Counted from the stretch's first letter, positions 1-8,481 are shown. The stretch: 64,000 nt of DNA from a virus (IMGVR_UViG_3300046167_000447:1575-65574), one strand, 5' to 3'. Translations and numbers: made by a program. Notes: generated by a model not told the origin, from the letters alone.

Positions 1-61
1 TTTTGAGGGGGAAAATTTTATTTGGCTCGTATCACATTTCTGCCCCATATTGCGAATGTCA

Positions 62-444
62 AACGGAAAGGGGGTAACCCTAGATGAGTAACACATAGAA
101 AGTCTTCCGTTAATGAGAGTGGAAATCGAAAGACCACGAAACGAGTTCAACTGAACTGCCTCTAAGAAACGACCGCTTCGATAGTCACTAGACGGGGATT
201 GCATCCCCACGGAGGTTCACCCAAGACTGAGAGTAGCAATCGCTACGGCACATCTGCAACTCAGTTACAAGCCCTCCCAACGAACGCTGAACAGACCTAG
301 AGTCCCTCGGGACAAGACGCACATTGATACTGCGAGAGGGTCGAGAGTAAGCAACGGAACAAGTCAAAACATCGAATCGAGCAAGTCCCTTACAATATCG
401 GGTAGAGTCTGCGTAACCGAGGTAGCGCCCCAAAATGACTCGTT
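62..444 (+). ncRNA. Candidate large structured leader/ncRNA at the left end
   Basis: No credible + strand ORF; nested helices such as 62-68/105-111, 140-147/437-444, 194-199/203-208, 211-215/273-277, 225-231/260-266 and 292-296/407-411. Confidence 0.45.
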
Positions 445-494
445 GGAACACCATTCAACCCTAGACGATACGGAAACACTTGTAACCCATTCCC

Positions 495-606
495 GTGGGG
501 TGAGTTGTAGAGCATTCAGCGTTACGTAGAGTATGCAGATTGTGACTACCCAAGGGAGAGCGAGACTCCCCACCCCACCTAACCCGAGCCGACCACGGCT
601 CACAAA
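495..606 (+). ncRNA. Early leader module 1: tRNA-like domain plus ACCAC hairpin
   Basis: GTGGGGTG/CACCCCAC closing stem, GGGAG-AGCGAGA-CTCCC arm, then GAGCC-GACCAC-GGCTC-ACAAA. Confidence 0.65.
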
Positions 607-616
607 TTGAATGATT

Positions 617-955
617 ATGACTAATTCAGCGAAATTGATGGAATCTCTAGAGGTAGCGGGTGCTAACATCAACCAACAACCATTGGTAGTTCTAAAGGCT
701 AACCCATACCTAGGTAAGTTCATCCTCAAGCAAAGCGATGTAAAGCTAAGTCTAGGAAGACCCGTAATCGAGACAACTCTTCACGATGCGGAAAGCGGTA
801 TGAAGATATTCACTGCTAGAGATGAGGATGCTGAGACCTTAGCATCAGCGAAATACGCTTTTACTGAGATGGAGTTCAACTGCATCCAAGATGCTATAGA
901 CAAGGCTAAAGCCAAAACCAAAGCGGTAGTAGATACGCTAGGATACTTAGAGTAA
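617..955 (+). CDS. Hypothetical early protein
   Basis: ORF; start set at 617 by conserved leader spacing. Confidence 0.75.
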   Translation: MTNSAKLMESLEVAGANINQQPLVVLKANPYLGKFILKQSDVKLSLGRPVIETTLHDAESGMKIFTARDEDAETLASAKYAFTEMEFNCIQDAIDKAKAKTKAVVDTLGYLE

Positions 956-962
956 TCCACCA

Positions 963-1032
963 AGCATATATGGTATTCAGCGGGGTTCGATTCCCCGCTA
1001 TGCTACTAACCGACCCGACCACGGGTCACAAA
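963..1032 (+). ncRNA. Early leader module 2: mini tRNA-like domain plus ACCAC hairpin
   Basis: AGCATA/TATGCT stem, ATGGT linker, GCGGGG-TTCGATT-CCCCGC T-arm, GACCC-GACCAC-GGGTC-ACAAA. Confidence 0.8.
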
Positions 1033-1042
1033 TTCAATTGTT

Positions 1043-1315
1043 ATGAATATTATTTCATGCCCATCAGCACTCATTGGATGCAATGAGTCTAATTTCAATC
1101 TAATCACCAAGGACGTAGCGGTGGTTAAATTTCCTTGCAAGGATACATATATCCTATACAACAAGGAGCAACAGACCTACGGGGTCTTTGATAACGAGAC
1201 CGATGAGTTGATATCCATAGGGTACAAAGGTCACGGATGCGTTATATTCGATAACCGATATTTCGGCAGAGATGAGTTCATCATCATAGAGACAATCTAC
1301 AGAATGTCTCTCTAA
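1043..1315 (+). CDS. Hypothetical early protein
   Basis: 90 aa ORF after leader module. Confidence 0.75.
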   Translation: MNIISCPSALIGCNESNFNLITKDVAVVKFPCKDTYILYNKEQQTYGVFDNETDELISIGYKGHGCVIFDNRYFGRDEFIIIETIYRMSL

Positions 1316-1383
1316 GCATATATGGTACAACGGGAGGTTCGAGTCCTCCCTATGCTACTAACCGAGCCACCACGGCTCACAAA
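1315..1383 (+). ncRNA. Early leader module 3
   Basis: AGCATA/TATGCT, GGGAGG-TTCGAGT-CCTCCC, GAGCC-ACCAC-GGCTC-ACAAA; compensatory changes relative to module 2. Confidence 0.8.
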
Positions 1384-1394
1384 TCCGATTGATT

Positions 1395-1781
1395 ATGAAT
1401 TTTTCAATGAATTTTATGACCCGCCAACTTGTACGTGCAAGAGGCATAGTGAACAACCGCATCGAGGCGGTAGAGTCCGACCTAACTAACGGGCTGAATG
1501 GAGGTCAAAGTCTGTCGCAGAAGTACGAAGAGATAGGCATTCTGTTAGCCTTGAAACTTAGACTAAAGAAGTCTATCAAGGAAACGGCAGAAGAAGGGCA
1601 CACTCGTAACTACCTAACGCTACCTATAGCTGAGTTAGAAATGCTTGAGTTGTTGGTTGAGTCCAAGAAGTTGCAGATGGTTGCAAAGGTAGGCGAGATG
1701 GACTACGAGGCATCTCCCGATGAGATACAAGAGTTAGCTGATTTCTTCAGTATGGGTGTGATTATCAGCAAAATTCAATAG
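1395..1781 (+). CDS. Hypothetical early protein
   Basis: ORF; ATG at 1395. Confidence 0.75.
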   Translation: MNFSMNFMTRQLVRARGIVNNRIEAVESDLTNGLNGGQSLSQKYEEIGILLALKLRLKKSIKETAEEGHTRNYLTLPIAELEMLELLVESKKLQMVAKVGEMDYEASPDEIQELADFFSMGVIISKIQ

Positions 1782-1801
1782 CTGACCCCTAATTTCACAA
1801 A

Positions 1802-1881
1802 GGGTAGTGGCTGACTGCAACAAGGTCAGCACCGACATCGTGGTCGGGCTACCCACTAACCGACCCACCACGGGTCACAAA
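1802..1881 (+). ncRNA. Early leader module 4: three-way junction plus ACCAC hairpin
   Basis: GGGTAG/CTACCC enclosing GCTGAC/GTCAGC and CCGAC/GTCGG hairpins, then GACCC-ACCAC-GGGTC-ACAAA. Confidence 0.7.
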
Positions 1882-1892
1882 ACTGAATTGCT

Positions 1893-2126
1893 ATGGCTAA
1901 GGTCACAAGAAGTACGGCGGGTGCAAACTTCCTCGCCAACAAGGATAAATTCAACGCAGAGTTCGTTGAGTTCAATGTCAATGAAAGACTCGTAGGTCGT
2001 GCAGAGCGCAAAGCCATGAAGCAAAGACTTGCAGAGTACAACAGAATGAAAAATGCCCCAAAGACCCCCGTGACTGCGGGATTCGTTGAGGTGAAGTCTA
2101 ACCTTAAATTTGCTTACGGAGTATGA
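1893..2126 (+). CDS. Hypothetical basic early protein
   Basis: 77 aa ORF after leader module. Confidence 0.75.
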   Translation: MAKVTRSTAGANFLANKDKFNAEFVEFNVNERLVGRAERKAMKQRLAEYNRMKNAPKTPVTAGFVEVKSNLKFAYGV

Positions 2127-2470
2127 GTGTTACTTTGAATACAATGATAGCCAAAGACCTATTCAATCTATGTGTTGATGGCGGTGCAAGTGTGTTAGGG
2201 AAGTTCGAGAATGACCGAGGTCAGCGTTTGCGTTTCTACGAGCACCCAATCTATGGGGAGGATTGCCCTATAATCGTAGCGTTCATAGACTACGGAGTTG
2301 CGTTCAACTCTACGTTCTATGATTTGCACGATATGACACAAAAGAACTGCGATGTTGTTTCCGTTGAGACTTGCATCAAGTTTGGGTTTGACCCTAATGC
2401 GGATGCGGACTACGTGCCGAGATACGTTGATGGGTATATGTTTTGTAAGTATGAAGAAAATGAAGATTGA
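2123..2470 (+). CDS. Hypothetical protein
   Basis: ATGA-coupled ORF. Confidence 0.7.
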   Translation: MSVTLNTMIAKDLFNLCVDGGASVLGKFENDRGQRLRFYEHPIYGEDCPIIVAFIDYGVAFNSTFYDLHDMTQKNCDVVSVETCIKFGFDPNADADYVPRYVDGYMFCKYEENED

Positions 2471-2472
2471 TT

Positions 2473-2643
2473 ATGGATGGTTTTACTAAGAATGTTGTCG
2501 CTTACTTGTTTTGTTGCGTAGCATCGTTTCTGTCTTTTGTAGTGGCGTACTGCGGTCACCCACCATTTTTTTTGCTTAGTCTATTTAGCTTTGCTTGTAG
2601 CTTTTGTATTTTGTTGAACTCTAAAATGAATGAGAATGAGTGA
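2473..2643 (+). CDS. Small hydrophobic membrane protein (56 aa)
   Basis: Manually read ORF MDGFTKNVVAYLF... filling the gap between genes. Confidence 0.5.
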   Translation: MDGFTKNVVAYLFCCVASFLSFVVAYCGHPPFFLLSLFSFACSFCILLNSKMNENE

Positions 2644-2932
2644 AGTTGTTGAAGTGAGAGACAATGTCTCTGTGAGATTTGCTTTCGGGCAGAACCAAAA
2701 AGTAGACCTTGGTAGAGCGGTCTATATGGTGTATAGCCACGAGGATGTTTACCACCCTCAGCTACTGAAAGTCTTCCATAGATTGGAGGATGCCGTTGAG
2801 TATGCGAGTGCTTACGTTGAAGACAGAACGGACTCGTATTCTTGGATGGACTTCGAGATGCTCATCTATCAAGAGATGATTGCATTCGACTCCCATCTGC
2901 ACGAGTTCGATGGCGATGACGATGAGGAATAG
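2630..2932 (+). CDS. Hypothetical acidic protein
   Basis: ORF in operon. Confidence 0.7.
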   Translation: MRMSEVVEVRDNVSVRFAFGQNQKVDLGRAVYMVYSHEDVYHPQLLKVFHRLEDAVEYASAYVEDRTDSYSWMDFEMLIYQEMIAFDSHLHEFDGDDDEE

Positions 2933-2939
2933 ACTCATA

Positions 2940-3037
2940 AGGGTAAATGGTTGTCGAGTGTTCACTATCACTTGGCTCTGCGGGGTTCGATTCCCCGCTA
3001 CCTTACAAGTTTAACCGACCCTACCACGGGTCACAAA
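2940..3037 (+). ncRNA. Early leader module 5: tRNA-like domain with extra arm plus ACCAC hairpin
   Basis: AGGGTA/TACCTT, AATGGTT linker, GTCGAGTG-TTCACTAT-CACTTGGC arm, GCGGGG-TTCGATT-CCCCGC, GACCC-TACCAC-GGGTC. Confidence 0.78.
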
Positions 3038-3048
3038 ATTGAATAACT

Positions 3049-4416
3049 ATGGCTCGATTTGTAGCAGATGTTTGGGCACTTGCCCGATTGGAATTGAATC
3101 TTCAAGGATTCGAGATTATTGAAATGGCTTCCAAAAGCCAAGACTTATTCCGTAAGGCGGGAATCAACACCGCATCAACGGGTAAGATGAGTACGGGACA
3201 AGCCGTGAAGAAGATAGAGGCGGGTAGTAAATCCCACCCTATGGAAAGAGGAGGAGGCGAGGGAGTTGATTTGATTTTCGCTCTGCGTGATTCGGATGGT
3301 ACGTTAGCCGTGTATAGCCAAGATAAACCAAGCGGAGTTCAATACGATTGGGATTTACTTACCGAGGGTAAGGAATTTGGATGGTCTATAAAATCGGATG
3401 TCATTTCAAGATTCCGCTTTAGCCATCATCAGCTATTCGGAGTTAGAGGAAAGATGTACAGATTCGAGGAGAAAGGAACAGAATTAAAAACGCAGACCGA
3501 GTCTGCACAAACCACAAAGAGTATGGGACAACAGACTGACCCCTCAGCGCTAATTGCTCAAGCGCTTGAAATGATGAGCAAAGGTGGTTCAATTGATGAG
3601 TCTCAAGTGGAGGCTATTGTTGAGCGCAAGTTGAAAGCGGTTCAGCCACTCAAGGTTGAGGTCGTATCTGCTACGTCTACCAAGCGAGTCGAGATGGCTC
3701 ACAAGAGTTTCGCTGATGGCGTTGCGCTCTTGGGCTTAGGCAAGAATATCGCCTTAATTGGCGAGGCGGGTAGCGGTAAGTCTTTCGGGGCTATCCAAAT
3801 GGCTCAGTCGTTAGACTTAGACTACGTAGTTGAGTCTTGTCACGGCAAGATGCAGTCATTCGATTTGGTCGGGGCTATGTCTCCAACCACGGGTAGCTAC
3901 ATCAGCACCAAGCTACGGGATGCCTACGAGAATGGTAAGGTTCTCATCCTCGATGAGTTTGACCGCTCCAACACGGAGACCACTATCGCATTGAACGGAG
4001 TGTTAGCGGGTGATTGCTACGGATTTCCCGATGGGATGGTGACTCGCCACAAGGACTTCCGAGTGATTGCTTGTCAAAACACATTCGGAACGGGAGCATC
4101 CAAGACCTACGCATCAGCTAAGGCTCAAGATGGCTCTACGCTGACTCGATTCACTCGATTAGAGTGGAACATAGATGCTCACTTAGAGAGAGCTATCTGT
4201 GGTCACAACGATGTCACACGAGCGGTGCAGATGGTTCGCAAGAATGCTAAGGATAACGGCTACGACCAAATCCTTATCACTCCTCGCCAATGTATGGATG
4301 CTAACCAAATGGTTGATGCCCTTGGGTGGGATTTGAAAAAGGCTATCAACTTCTCTTGTCTCAATGGCTTGGCTGATGATATCAAGAAGAGATTACTCAA
4401 TGGAGTGTCTCTCTAA
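3049..4416 (+). CDS. MoxR/CbbQ/CobS-like AAA+ ATPase
   Basis: Walker A GEAGSGKS, Walker B ILDEFD, FPDG..RHKDFRVIACQNT segment. Confidence 0.88.
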   Translation: MARFVADVWALARLELNLQGFEIIEMASKSQDLFRKAGINTASTGKMSTGQAVKKIEAGSKSHPMERGGGEGVDLIFALRDSDGTLAVYSQDKPSGVQYDWDLLTEGKEFGWSIKSDVISRFRFSHHQLFGVRGKMYRFEEKGTELKTQTESAQTTKSMGQQTDPSALIAQALEMMSKGGSIDESQVEAIVERKLKAVQPLKVEVVSATSTKRVEMAHKSFADGVALLGLGKNIALIGEAGSGKSFGAIQMAQSLDLDYVVESCHGKMQSFDLVGAMSPTTGSYISTKLRDAYENGKVLILDEFDRSNTETTIALNGVLAGDCYGFPDGMVTRHKDFRVIACQNTFGTGASKTYASAKAQDGSTLTRFTRLEWNIDAHLERAICGHNDVTRAVQMVRKNAKDNGYDQILITPRQCMDANQMVDALGWDLKKAINFSCLNGLADDIKKRLLNGVSL

Positions 4417-4436
4417 GGCGTTCACTATCACGCTGA

Positions 4437-4508
4437 GGGTGCATGGTGTAAGAGGGGGTTCGACTCCCCCTCACCCCACTACTAATCGAGTCTACCACGA
4501 CTCACAAA
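4437..4508 (+). ncRNA. Early leader module 6
   Basis: GGGTG/CACCC, CATGGTGTAAG linker, AGGGGG-TTCGACT-CCCCCT, GAGTC-TACCAC-GACTC-ACAAA. Confidence 0.8.
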
Positions 4509-4518
4509 TAGATTGCTT

Positions 4519-5406
4519 ATGCGATATGAAATCAAAGGGAAACTATGCAAGACCCACACCACGTTCAGCGAGTTCGTTGAGATGTCCAACAGAGAGGACT
4601 TAGTCTACGAGAGTTCGGATGCAAGAACGGGAGCAAGAGATAGTTTCTACGGGAACATCAAGTCTTACCAAGAGATGTACGATGCTTGTTACAATGGTAT
4701 GGGCGTTAAGAAGATGCTTAAGGCTCGTGCAGACCTCAACAACTTAATGAACCACGAGGTTGAAGAGCCACGCAAGGCTATCGTTGGAGAGACCCTAAAC
4801 GTAGGGGCTTACTGCGCGGGTAATCCTCACCACTTCTACAAAGACGCTGATGAGTACGGAAGGCCACGGGTACACATAGTCTATAGCACTAATGCGGTAG
4901 CGGATGTTAGGTCTTCTCAGTTCACGAGACACGGGGCATCAATCTGTGCTTTGGTTGACCAACTTGGTGAGCAAGTCGATGTGAAGATTAGCCTGTACAT
5001 CACAAACAAATGGGTTTTCGGTGGTAATGGTTGTCAAATCGTTACTATCAAAGACTACGAGGATGTAATTGACGTGCCCCGTGTGTCAGCTACGGCTCAT
5101 CCAAGTTTCTTCCGTAGAATAGGTTTTGCTTGGTTCGAGAATGCAGACAAGCTAATCCAAAAGGGATTAGGAACGGGTACGGGAGGCTCGTACACAGGTA
5201 GTGACAGACCTTACGTAATCAAGGACGATGAGTTCATGGATTGGGTTGGAATCGAGAAAGGAGAGATGATGATTGACTTTCCCGCTCCCGATGAATACCA
5301 ATTCAAAGATGATGAGGGTACTGCTTATTGGCTGAAACAATCTACCAAGAAGATTGAGAAAGCGGTTGAGGAGGAAAGTAGTATCTGTAAATTATTCGGA
5401 TTATGA
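4519..5406 (+). CDS. VWA-like partner of the AAA ATPase
   Basis: Adjacent to MoxR-type ATPase; G.LNVGAY..G.P and HPSFFRR..F motifs seen in such phage partners. Confidence 0.6.
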   Translation: MRYEIKGKLCKTHTTFSEFVEMSNREDLVYESSDARTGARDSFYGNIKSYQEMYDACYNGMGVKKMLKARADLNNLMNHEVEEPRKAIVGETLNVGAYCAGNPHHFYKDADEYGRPRVHIVYSTNAVADVRSSQFTRHGASICALVDQLGEQVDVKISLYITNKWVFGGNGCQIVTIKDYEDVIDVPRVSATAHPSFFRRIGFAWFENADKLIQKGLGTGTGGSYTGSDRPYVIKDDEFMDWVGIEKGEMMIDFPAPDEYQFKDDEGTAYWLKQSTKKIEKAVEEESSICKLFGL

Positions 5407-5422
5407 TTTATTTAGACTTGGC

Positions 5423-5453
5423 GGTGGGCATCGTGCAAACGATGTTCGCCTTT
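5423..5453 (+). terminator. Strong hairpin, possible terminator or processing site
   Basis: GGTGGGCATCGT-GCAA-ACGATGTTCGCC followed by TTT. Confidence 0.45.
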
Positions 5454-5520
5454 AGTATTTTAGGACAAGCAACGCTGACTGCGGTGTTGCTAATTATAAA
5501 CTCGTTAAAAAGTAAAAAAG

Positions 5521-5727
5521 ATGAGTAAGGATTTGACTTTTGCAATTGTCCTTGAGGACAATACGCTAACAGACTTGACCACCCGATTGGTGGGTGAGTT
5601 GGTTACTATGGGGCTTATTACTGATTACAATTTCTCGGAAACGGAAACGGAAATCGAGGCTCATAATGTGATAATGGACTTTCTTCAAAATGAGATAAGT
5701 GTATTAAAAGCACAGACTGATGAGTGA
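5521..5727 (+). CDS. Hypothetical protein
   Basis: ORF with A-rich leader. Confidence 0.65.
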   Translation: MSKDLTFAIVLEDNTLTDLTTRLVGELVTMGLITDYNFSETETEIEAHNVIMDFLQNEISVLKAQTDE

Positions 5728-5886
5728 TGGAAAGTTAGCACGGATAAATGGTTGGAGAGTCGTGCCTCCAACAGACAAGACCCATGAGTACAGGCTAACG
5801 GGTTTTACCTTAGGTAACAAGGTGGAGGTAGTCTGTTGTGCAAATGGACAGAGATTTGATACAATGCTAATACACAAGAATAAATT

Positions 5887-6186
5887 ATGAGAGATTTTAT
5901 CGTGGGCACACTTATACTATCGAGCGGAGCGTGGGCATCGCTCGGGTTCTACAACAGAGATTTCGGGATGCTAATTATAGGAGCGATGTTTTCGCTACTT
6001 CTTCTGCTCTTTGTTGTTGGTGAGTTCATCTACAAAAGATGGATTCTAAGTAGACTACCTAAGTTCGTAGCTATCAGCTACGGAGATGAGTGGTTCTTGA
6101 GAGATGAGCGTGGTGTTATGCACCAATCATACAGAAAAGAGGTCAGCGACCTAATGTTAAGTGGACAAGTAACTAAATTTGAATAG
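5887..6186 (+). CDS. Hypothetical membrane protein
   Basis: Two hydrophobic segments. Confidence 0.65.
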   Translation: MRDFIVGTLILSSGAWASLGFYNRDFGMLIIGAMFSLLLLLFVVGEFIYKRWILSRLPKFVAISYGDEWFLRDERGVMHQSYRKEVSDLMLSGQVTKFE

Positions 6187-6465
6187 CATGCTAGTAGCAA
6201 CTGCAATCATTTCATTCGTAGCTAACACAGGAGTGTTGGCTTATGTAGGTTATCAAAGCGGTAACCAAGTATCAACTTTAAAAGCAAGGAGCAATGCCCG
6301 TAAATAAAGAGATATGGTTCGCTTACCGAGGCGTACAAGATGCGGGTTACTTCAATGTGTTTGACCCAAGGGCGAGAGCGTTGGCTAACGAAGTCAACGA
6401 TATGAATATCACAAAAGAACAATGGACTTTTGTTATTACTAATTACGATAAATTAAAAGAGACCT

Positions 6466-6819
6466 ATGAGTAGTCTAGTTGATGTGCGAGAACTTCCGAT
6501 GCACACAAAAATGGAAGTAGCGGTTGGACACGCTTTTGATGTCCTAAACGGAAAGGTCAACTCTGTTTTGTTTGACTCGGATGCTCAACCACTTGATGAG
6601 GCAGAGCGTTCATTCTACCTAATCTCTCCCGACACTATGGTTGTCGTAGAGGGTGCTGAGGAAATTCGCAACATCATCGAGGAGGACTTCAAGTTTATCC
6701 AAGGTCGTGATGTGAAGTTACTAATCAACAGACTCTCCGAGAATGTGGTTGGTATTGCAGTCTGTCACTTTGATAAAGATTGCTTGAGTGTGTCTTCCTA
6801 CAAGGGCGAGGAAGAGTAG
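6466..6819 (+). CDS. Hypothetical protein
   Basis: 117 aa ORF. Confidence 0.7.
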   Translation: MSSLVDVRELPMHTKMEVAVGHAFDVLNGKVNSVLFDSDAQPLDEAERSFYLISPDTMVVVEGAEEIRNIIEEDFKFIQGRDVKLLINRLSENVVGIAVCHFDKDCLSVSSYKGEEE

Positions 6820-6913
6820 ACCCTATAGTATGGAGGGCGGTGTGTAGCAGACCGCTCTCTGTACTTAATGATTAACCGCTACATCTTAAACAACAACTTT
6901 AATTCATATTCAA

Positions 6914-7096
6914 ATGAACAATTCAATTATTTTCAAGTTTGGCTCACTAAAATTAGTAGGAACGCAAAAGGCTGATGGTAGCACTTTCAAGGTGTTTTGG
7001 GACGGCATATACCAAGAGTTAATCACATCCAAGGAGAAAGACTTAGATGTTGCCTCGGAGCGTGTTACTGAGCAGTTAATGGGTGTTATACTTTAA
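6914..7096 (+). CDS. Hypothetical protein
   Basis: 60 aa ORF with AT-rich leader. Confidence 0.6.
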   Translation: MNNSIIFKFGSLKLVGTQKADGSTFKVFWDGIYQELITSKEKDLDVASERVTEQLMGVIL

Positions 7097-7108
7097 CACC
7101 AAAGAGAG

Positions 7109-7522
7109 ATGAGCAACACAACATCTTGGGGAGGAATCCCTTATAGCAGAGACTACTACATAGAGTTAGCAGAACTGCAAGACTTTGAGATGGTTAATCA
7201 GCTATTGGCTTATGCGATTGCTGAGTCCGAGTCTACGATAGAATACTACGTTAGTGTAGCTGACACGGAAGGTTACTTCTCGGAATCCGATGCTTGTTCG
7301 TACGGAGACCTTACAAGGGATATAGCTTACTCGGATATGGTGGATGACATCACCGAGACATTCCAAAAGGCTAACAGACTCGATTCAGTTCAGTCTGTTA
7401 ATGATTTATACAAGAGTAAATTCAAGGACATCACCTTGCTTACTCCTTACGTGTTTGAAGAACTGATGGAAGAGATATCAAGCAACGTCGGTTTAGTGGT
7501 AGACTTAGAGCCTTGGGGCTAA
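7109..7522 (+). CDS. Hypothetical acidic protein
   Basis: Starts within the TTTAACACCAAAGAGAGATG repeat. Confidence 0.7.
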   Translation: MSNTTSWGGIPYSRDYYIELAELQDFEMVNQLLAYAIAESESTIEYYVSVADTEGYFSESDACSYGDLTRDIAYSDMVDDITETFQKANRLDSVQSVNDLYKSKFKDITLLTPYVFEELMEEISSNVGLVVDLEPWG

Positions 7523-7525
7523 TAA

Positions 7526-7584
7526 TAGGGGCGGGTTCGAATCCCGCTCTACCACCTCAGTAGAATGTTCACTATCAACATTCT
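7526..7584 (+). ncRNA. T-loop minihelix ending in ACCA, plus CACTAT-loop hairpin
   Basis: GGGGCGGG-TTCGAAT-CCCGCTCT-ACCA and AGAATGTT-CACTATC-AACATTCT. Confidence 0.55.
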
Positions 7585-7670
7585 CACCCTCAGCGACCCC
7601 GACTAAAGTGGTTTTATAAATTCGGGATAGAGGGTAACAATATTTATTCACCAATTTTAACTCAGTTGTT

Positions 7671-8084
7671 ATGATTAACACTAAAGAAAAGACCTTAGAG
7701 TATTGGCTCGGAGAAAGGTTAAAGAAGAGCGGAGAGGTTTCGCAGAGCGCAAAACTAAGAAACAGACTTGATGCTTGGTTCATCAAGAAAGGATTCAAAC
7801 CAATTCACATAGCGTATAGTGAAAACTTCTCGGAGTATTACAACAACACGACTTCACAAGTAATCTCTGTGAATGAGATAGACTACTTTGATGATAGTCT
7901 GTTAAGTAGTAACTCTTGGGTTTTGGCGCACGGATTCCTTATGCCGTATAATGCTCTATACGACTTTGGCGTTATGTGGGAGATTCGTGAAAAGTCTTAC
8001 ACAGATGTAGATAACTCAACTGAACGGCAGTTGATTGACACTTTAGAATTATTAATTGAAAATGGAATAGCTTATGAACTTTGA
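7671..8084 (+). CDS. Hypothetical protein
   Basis: 137 aa ORF. Confidence 0.7.
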   Translation: MINTKEKTLEYWLGERLKKSGEVSQSAKLRNRLDAWFIKKGFKPIHIAYSENFSEYYNNTTSQVISVNEIDYFDDSLLSSNSWVLAHGFLMPYNALYDFGVMWEIREKSYTDVDNSTERQLIDTLELLIENGIAYEL

Positions 8085-8481
8085 TGACATTATGAGTGGG
8101 GGACTCACACCCAAGTCAAGAATGGGAGAAAACATAACCGATATATTCGGTGTTGACTCGGACTTCGCAATGAAGACAACGAGGGATTTAGTCAAGCTAA
8201 CAACTGACACGGAATCTACTGATGCTGACATCATTCAGTCTGCATTGGCGATGTGTGAAACCAAGGAAGAGTTGGCTGTTGTCTTGCACTTACACACTAA
8301 AACTTTGGTTAGCAAAATGGCTGACCAATTCGAGGAAGCAAGTGCGCTCTTAGAGGATACTAAGGATGTCCTTGAATCGTTGGGAGAAGATGTCTTGATG
8401 AGATACGCTGAAGGAATGATGCAGAAACTCATGGAGAGAATGGGCGGTAGTCTTGACGACTTAAACTTAGATGAAGAGTAG
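8074..8481 (+). CDS. Hypothetical acidic protein
   Basis: 135 aa ORF. Confidence 0.7.
   Translation: MNFDDIMSGGLTPKSRMGENITDIFGVDSDFAMKTTRDLVKLTTDTESTDADIIQSALAMCETKEELAVVLHLHTKTLVSKMADQFEEASALLEDTKDVLESLGEDVLMRYAEGMMQKLMERMGGSLDDLNLDEE

Noticed and set aside
105-147. Hammerhead-like segment TTAATGAGA-GTGG..CCAC-GAAAC
   Set aside because: Lacks the conserved CUGA core, and stems I and III cannot be placed in register convincingly
188-729. Minus-strand ORFs 188-454 and 364-729
   Set aside because: Antisense to the early region with no protein-like features
963-4476. GGTTCGA elements as true tRNA genes
   Set aside because: Too short; no D-stem and no 7-nt anticodon loop
586-4508. Early repeats as a CRISPR array
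   Set aside because: Intervening sequences are whole genes of variable length, repeats covary, and no cas genes are present
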